Assembly (NCBI GenBank): GCA_020632535.1
Contig: JACKFJ010000004.1
Span: 41,514-105,513, forward strand
Origin: Candidatus Omnitrophota bacterium
GTDB taxonomy: Bacteria; Omnitrophota; Gorgyraeia; Zapsychrales; JANLHA01
DNA length: 64,000 bases
Direction: 5' to 3'
The translations under genes were made by a program, and so were the position numbers. The notes beneath the pieces were generated by a model, which worked only from the letters and a program-made list of their open reading frames with translations, was not told the DNA's origin and did no database searches. Positions 59,502 through 64,000 of this stretch are shown here, one piece after another. How positions within the stretch are numbered: position 1 is the first letter of the stretch; every line of letters begins with the position of its first letter.

Positions 59502-62500
59502 TTACCGCATTGACAACTCTGGTACCTTTTCCTGCTTTTCAGAACTCAACAAAAACGGAAAGCTTTGTATCGTCGCCGGCTGCATGTTGATAATAACCGG
59601 GAAAAGACCATCAATATGAATATTCTCAATATTCTGCTGCGGCAAAGGAAGAGGCACACCCTTACCGTTACGCTTGATTTGCAAATTAAGCAATGACGGA
59701 TCAAAGTCGATACCACCGACGGGTGCTGCATCCACTGTGACCGCGGCAGAACTTGTGGCTGGTGGGATTACTTTTTGAGTGACAAGATTTATAACTGCCG
59801 CATCGTCGTAAATCTTTCCACCAACACGCACAACAAGCGCTGCATATGCAGGGTTATTTCTTCGCTTTTCTTCAACTCTGGTGACCACCGTGTTCTCGGT
59901 AGTACCATCATCATCGCTTGCGAAAATAACTCGAGGATCCGTCAGATCTTTAGCCTCAATCATTTCATCAACCAACTGCTCTCCACTGATCGGAGAACCA
60001 TCAAAATGATTATCAAGCACTAAAATCTCAAATGGCTGACCCTGCTCTTTAGCTTTTGCAATTTCCGCGCGAGCTTCTTCTGCAGTCGCAACTTGAGTGA
60101 CAGCATATCCCAAACGCTCTAAAATTCTCTTTTCAAGAAAAGCCGTTTTCGGAGAATCTTCAGCGAGAAGAACACGTACCGCCGAGCTGGCGGCATTAGA
60201 AACAATCTCCCACACATTGCTGTCTTCAGCAGAAACACTCAGACCTACAGTTTCAAAGACCTGTGTAATGTCCTCCTGAGTTAAACCTAAAGCAATCGTA
60301 TTAGTAATTTCAGTCGAAACTTTAAAACTTGTTTCATTGCGCGAAATACGCTCTATTAATTCATCTCCATAGTTTCTGCGCTTAATTCGGCCTAAATATG
60401 GTTCAGCCTTTGCAAGCGATAAAGATGGGATAATCGAATTCTTACTATTTACTGTTTCTTCTGCTAAGGCAAAAAGAACGCCTTGTGTCGCCCAAAGAAA
60501 GCGACCTTTTTCTCTTATTCCTGTCGCTGCAGCGTCACCAAACCCCGGTGTCACCCCAATAACTTCAAATGTTCCAGGAATCATGCCTTGAACCTCTTTA
60601 CTGTTAGTTTCACCAGCACGATCTAATGCTACTAGTTTAATGTTAAGCGTATTGGGATATTTGAAGGTTTCACTTTCACCTTTTATTGTAATTTCATTTG
60701 CCTTTGCATTTTCAAATCTGGAAATTGTATCTAAAATAGGCACCGCATTAAAGAATCTTTCTAAAACCTTTTTCTCTGCAATCGAGTCAACAAGTTCCGG
60801 ACGCAAAGCTGTCTTACTTAATGCCGTTTTAAAATCCTGCAAAGTGACAAATGCTTCCGGAGATAAACTTGCAATCGCGGCAGCAATATCTCTTATTTGT
60901 GTAGGAGTATAAACAGTATCCCGCGCTAATAAAAGCTCAAGATCAACAGCTGATTCTTGCCCTTTAAGTTTTGATAAAAGCATCGGCAAATCAATTTTTC
61001 CAAAAATTTTCGCATAATTTGCCTTGATAATATCACTGTCTTCAAGAGAAACACCTGCAAGAACTAAAGCATCCGCAAGACTAGTCGGACTATCAAAAGT
61101 TTCTTCAGCATTTTTACCTGTGGACAGTTTTACTAATGCATCCGTAACCTTATTAATGCTATTTTCATCTGGAGTTATAGTTCCGGGTTTAGTGAATAGT
61201 TCTGAAAGACGTAAAGCAGATCTAATTTCATCTTTCTGAAAAACAATTTCAGGCAATGCAGCTAACCCTTTTCGCAGCCATGTCGTTCGCAAGAAATGGT
61301 CTAAGCCAAACAAATAATTTAATTGTAAATTCAGCCCCGGATTCATCCGAGCAATTCGGAGCACGTTTTCTTCACCATCAATACTCAAATTATCTTCATT
61401 AATTTGGCTAAGCTGAATAAATGGTGCTAAAGACTTAAGCACACTTTGCTGTAAAATGTGAACACGTACTTCCATCGGTGAAAGATCCGGTTTACGAGTA
61501 TCCGATCCTTGCAATACAATAAGCGCGAAATCAGTCTCATTGTTAGCAATATCATTTAACATTTGACCAATATGCGCAAGTTGAATTGGATTCCCGCTTG
61601 TAGCAAAAAAAGTTACTTTAACCTTTTCTTTTTCTTTCCCCTCAGGAACTTGACCGGTATGGTATCTATCCCAAGTCACCCAATCAGCCTTTTGTGGATT
61701 TATTTTACCGGCAAGTCGCAAGACATCAATTCTCTTTCCAACATCATTTAAAATCCAATTAATAAAAACTTCCGTCGATTGCTGATCCGCTATATAATCA
61801 TTTTGATTCACGTAGAGCTCTTTAACAGAATCATCCGTCGCCTGCTCAACAATATCCCGAATTAATCTCCCAAAGACTTTACGGACTAAAGGATCTTGAA
61901 ATTTAGAAAATGTAATGGGCATAACATTATTCCTAATTTCAGCTAATGTATATTCTCTCGTAGAATCGAGTGCCGCGCTTGATGATACTTTATTAGCCGC
62001 AACTAATCTGTTCCAATACTCATTGTACAAAGCAAGTTCTTGACCCGAAAAAGGATTTTGTAATCTATCCGCGACAATCGCGATAAATAAATCAGCTCCC
62101 TCTGGAGTAAGATTTACTAAATCAATTCCGAGCTCCAGATTTGTATCGATTCGACGCGCATCAATTCCGCCTGAGTTAGATTGTCCCTTAAAATCTAATC
62201 CTTTTGTTCCAAAAACAATCACTCGATCATCATCACCATTCCAATTGGTTTGATGCCCTTGATAACTGAGTTCTAATAACAACCGTTCCGTGGCAAGAAT
62301 AGCCTCAGGAGAAATCTTTAAATCTGCTGTCGCTGATGCTGGTTGGGCAATGCCCTTAGCTTCAAATTCAGCATTAAATTTGTCCAAATATTTTTCAACA
62401 AAACGAGCGACTTGCCAACTCGCTTCTGACTCTGTCAACCCAGCAGGATTGGCGATTTGCGCTCCTTGTGCCCTTGCGGCACGCAAACCTTCTAAGACGG

Positions 62501-63746
62501 ATTGGAGAGCTTGCTGTTCCTCAAACTGAACAAAAGCCGTGGTATATTGTCCGACGCCGTTTCCACCAGTATTTGTCGCCATGTCAGTACGAATATATTG
62601 TATTAACCGTTCTGCACGAGGATCATTAGGCGCTAATCTTTGAATCGCGCTACTTGCCGCTTTTCCAAAAAGCACCCCACCAGAAAAATATTTGCGCGGC
62701 AAAGCTTCCTTACTCGCAAGATCGTAATCTTCTTTGATCATGTTATAGACACCCTTACGAAAGGCGGCCAAATACTGCTCATAAATCTTTTGTTTCAAAT
62801 CTTTTTCAGAAATGTCTACACCATTGATCTTACTTTTGTCGACGTAAACTTTACCCAAAAGAGAATTCTTCAAATTCTGCTTATACCAAGCCGCCAAAAT
62901 AACAGAATGATAGATTTGACGGACAGAAGCAAAATTTTTGCCTTCATTGATTTCCTTTTCGAGTTCAGGAAGGATGATCTGGCGGACGACTTCCGACGAG
63001 ACACTGCTCACATCTTCGACTTTATCTTTAGAGATTTTATTCATCCCCAATTTTTCATTCTTAAGATTTTCTTTAATTGACGTATAATCCTCATCAAGCA
63101 TGATCTTCAAATGACTATCCCCGATAAAGACATACCCCTGCTCTTCAAGAATCTCAGCGCGATCCGGCATGATCCACACCTTATTAAAGGTATTAATCGG
63201 GATTGATGTTGTGCCAAACTTTTCATAAGCCTTTTTGTAAACCGTGTCCCAGAACTTTTTGCCGATTTCTTCTTGCGGATTAGTAAGTGAGGCAGAAAGT
63301 TGTTTCAAAAGATAATCTTGCTCAAGCATATGCTTACCCATGTCCGTTGAACCGAGCATATCCGGAATAATGCGATCGCCTTCATACGGAGAAAGGTTAA
63401 CCCACGAATCATCGTCTGGAATCGTCATGGCAGCGAGAAAATACTTCAAAAGTTTTTGCGTTTCCTCTTTTAAGGCATCTCCGGTAAGCTTATCCTGTCC
63501 GCGATCAACGATAAAATCAAATTGCAGAGGATTTTCTGGATGAAGCGTCATACCTTTGAGAACTGGCGGCTGAAATGTCGGGCTTAAAAGAACCATTTCC
63601 CCGGGTTTGGGGAGATTGGTGATATATTGTGCGTCCGCGCGAGAAACGGGAGCGATAACAAGACTTAAGGAAAAGGCAAATGCAACAAAACTGCAAAGGG
63701 ATTTACGCAATATTGCTGTCTTTTTTTGATAGAAAGTCTCGTACAT
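59502..63746 (-). CDS. 1414-aa predicted exported multidomain protein (unassigned N-domain, NadD-like nucleotidyltransferase-like region, receiver-like domain, C-terminal GGID module)
   Basis: Single uninterrupted ORF with AAGGAG Shine-Dalgarno 8 nt upstream. N-terminal signal/anchor KKTAILRKSLCSFVAFAFSLSLVIAPVSRADA. Internal VTFFATSGNPIQLAH and GDAAATGIREKG. Receiver-like VRVLLAEDS...ILVLDNHFDG...IFASD...GGK. See findings. Confidence 0.7.
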   Translation of the reverse strand: MYETFYQKKTAILRKSLCSFVAFAFSLSLVIAPVSRADAQYITNLPKPGEMVLLSPTFQPPVLKGMTLHPENPLQFDFIVDRGQDKLTGDALKEETQKLLKYFLAAMTIPDDDSWVNLSPYEGDRIIPDMLGSTDMGKHMLEQDYLLKQLSASLTNPQEEIGKKFWDTVYKKAYEKFGTTSIPINTFNKVWIMPDRAEILEEQGYVFIGDSHLKIMLDEDYTSIKENLKNEKLGMNKISKDKVEDVSSVSSEVVRQIILPELEKEINEGKNFASVRQIYHSVILAAWYKQNLKNSLLGKVYVDKSKINGVDISEKDLKQKIYEQYLAAFRKGVYNMIKEDYDLASKEALPRKYFSGGVLFGKAASSAIQRLAPNDPRAERLIQYIRTDMATNTGGNGVGQYTTAFVQFEEQQALQSVLEGLRAARAQGAQIANPAGLTESEASWQVARFVEKYLDKFNAEFEAKGIAQPASATADLKISPEAILATERLLLELSYQGHQTNWNGDDDRVIVFGTKGLDFKGQSNSGGIDARRIDTNLELGIDLVNLTPEGADLFIAIVADRLQNPFSGQELALYNEYWNRLVAANKVSSSAALDSTREYTLAEIRNNVMPITFSKFQDPLVRKVFGRLIRDIVEQATDDSVKELYVNQNDYIADQQSTEVFINWILNDVGKRIDVLRLAGKINPQKADWVTWDRYHTGQVPEGKEKEKVKVTFFATSGNPIQLAHIGQMLNDIANNETDFALIVLQGSDTRKPDLSPMEVRVHILQQSVLKSLAPFIQLSQINEDNLSIDGEENVLRIARMNPGLNLQLNYLFGLDHFLRTTWLRKGLAALPEIVFQKDEIRSALRLSELFTKPGTITPDENSINKVTDALVKLSTGKNAEETFDSPTSLADALVLAGVSLEDSDIIKANYAKIFGKIDLPMLLSKLKGQESAVDLELLLARDTVYTPTQIRDIAAAIASLSPEAFVTLQDFKTALSKTALRPELVDSIAEKKVLERFFNAVPILDTISRFENAKANEITIKGESETFKYPNTLNIKLVALDRAGETNSKEVQGMIPGTFEVIGVTPGFGDAAATGIREKGRFLWATQGVLFALAEETVNSKNSIIPSLSLAKAEPYLGRIKRRNYGDELIERISRNETSFKVSTEITNTIALGLTQEDITQVFETVGLSVSAEDSNVWEIVSNAASSAVRVLLAEDSPKTAFLEKRILERLGYAVTQVATAEEARAEIAKAKEQGQPFEILVLDNHFDGSPISGEQLVDEMIEAKDLTDPRVIFASDDDGTTENTVVTRVEEKRRNNPAYAALVVRVGGKIYDDAAVINLVTQKVIPPATSSAAVTVDAAPVGGIDFDPSLLNLQIKRNGKGVPLPLPQQNIENIHIDGLFPVIINMQPATIQSFPFLLSSEKQEKVPELSMR

Positions 63747-64000
63747 AGGAAAAACTCCTTCGTCATTATGGTGTTGTTATATATAGAGGTAAGTTTAGAG
63801 CGAAATGTGTGTTTGTCACAACTGCGTAAATAATACCACAAAAGACTATGGGCGGCAAGAGATTACTATAAAATTATCAAAAATATCAATATTGCAAGTA
63901 TTTGAAATATAATGCTTTATGACTGTACACTTTTTATGATATACACATTACGTATGCACTATGAATAAAACTTACTGTGTATGGATTTTCTTTCCTAAAA

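Overview
AT-rich, gene-dense bacterial chromosome segment. About 55 of roughly 60 genes are on the minus strand, many with overlapping stop/start codons (ATGA, TAATG, GTGA, TTGA). I saw no rRNA, CRISPR array, transposase or prophage. Left to right the window holds: (1) a dcw cell-wall/division cluster, transcribed mraZ-rsmH-ftsL-ftsI-murE-murF-mraY-murD-ftsW-murG, with a near-consensus promoter and MraZ-type direct repeats upstream; (2) rbfA-nrnA-truB-ribF, a CCA-adding enzyme, xerD, ligA, acylphosphatase and tRNA-Pro(CGG); (3) an FMN-riboswitch-led riboflavin operon (ribBA-ribH-nusB-PHP-ribD-ribE) that runs without a break into a ketosynthase homologue lacking the Cys-His-His triad, then fabG, fabZ and a secreted GH26-like hydrolase; (4) a structured terminator/antiterminator leader of unknown class; (5) cysD-cysN translationally coupled to a secreted arylsulfotransferase-like protein, plus an AlkP/NPP-family enzyme, a Cys/Met-rich mini membrane protein and an orphan pilin-like gene; (6) a complete phosphate locus (phoB-phoR, Pho-box, porin, pstSCAB-phoU) and a polyphosphate module (ppk1, ppx, ROK kinase); (7) a PAS-LuxR regulator, a multi-PAS histidine kinase and a receiver protein; (8) SulP, an ABC-F ATPase and a 1414-aa apparently exported mosaic protein. 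The best candidates for something undescribed are the 1414-aa protein (signal peptide + degenerate split NadD-like domain + intact receiver domain), the triad-less ketosynthase operon appended to the rib operon, the cysDN/arylsulfotransferase-like operon, and the unclassified leader RNA at about 29160..29320. All family assignments come from reading motifs by eye; no database search was possible. The termini of the giant protein remind me of uncultivated candidate-phylum proteins, but I cannot verify that here.
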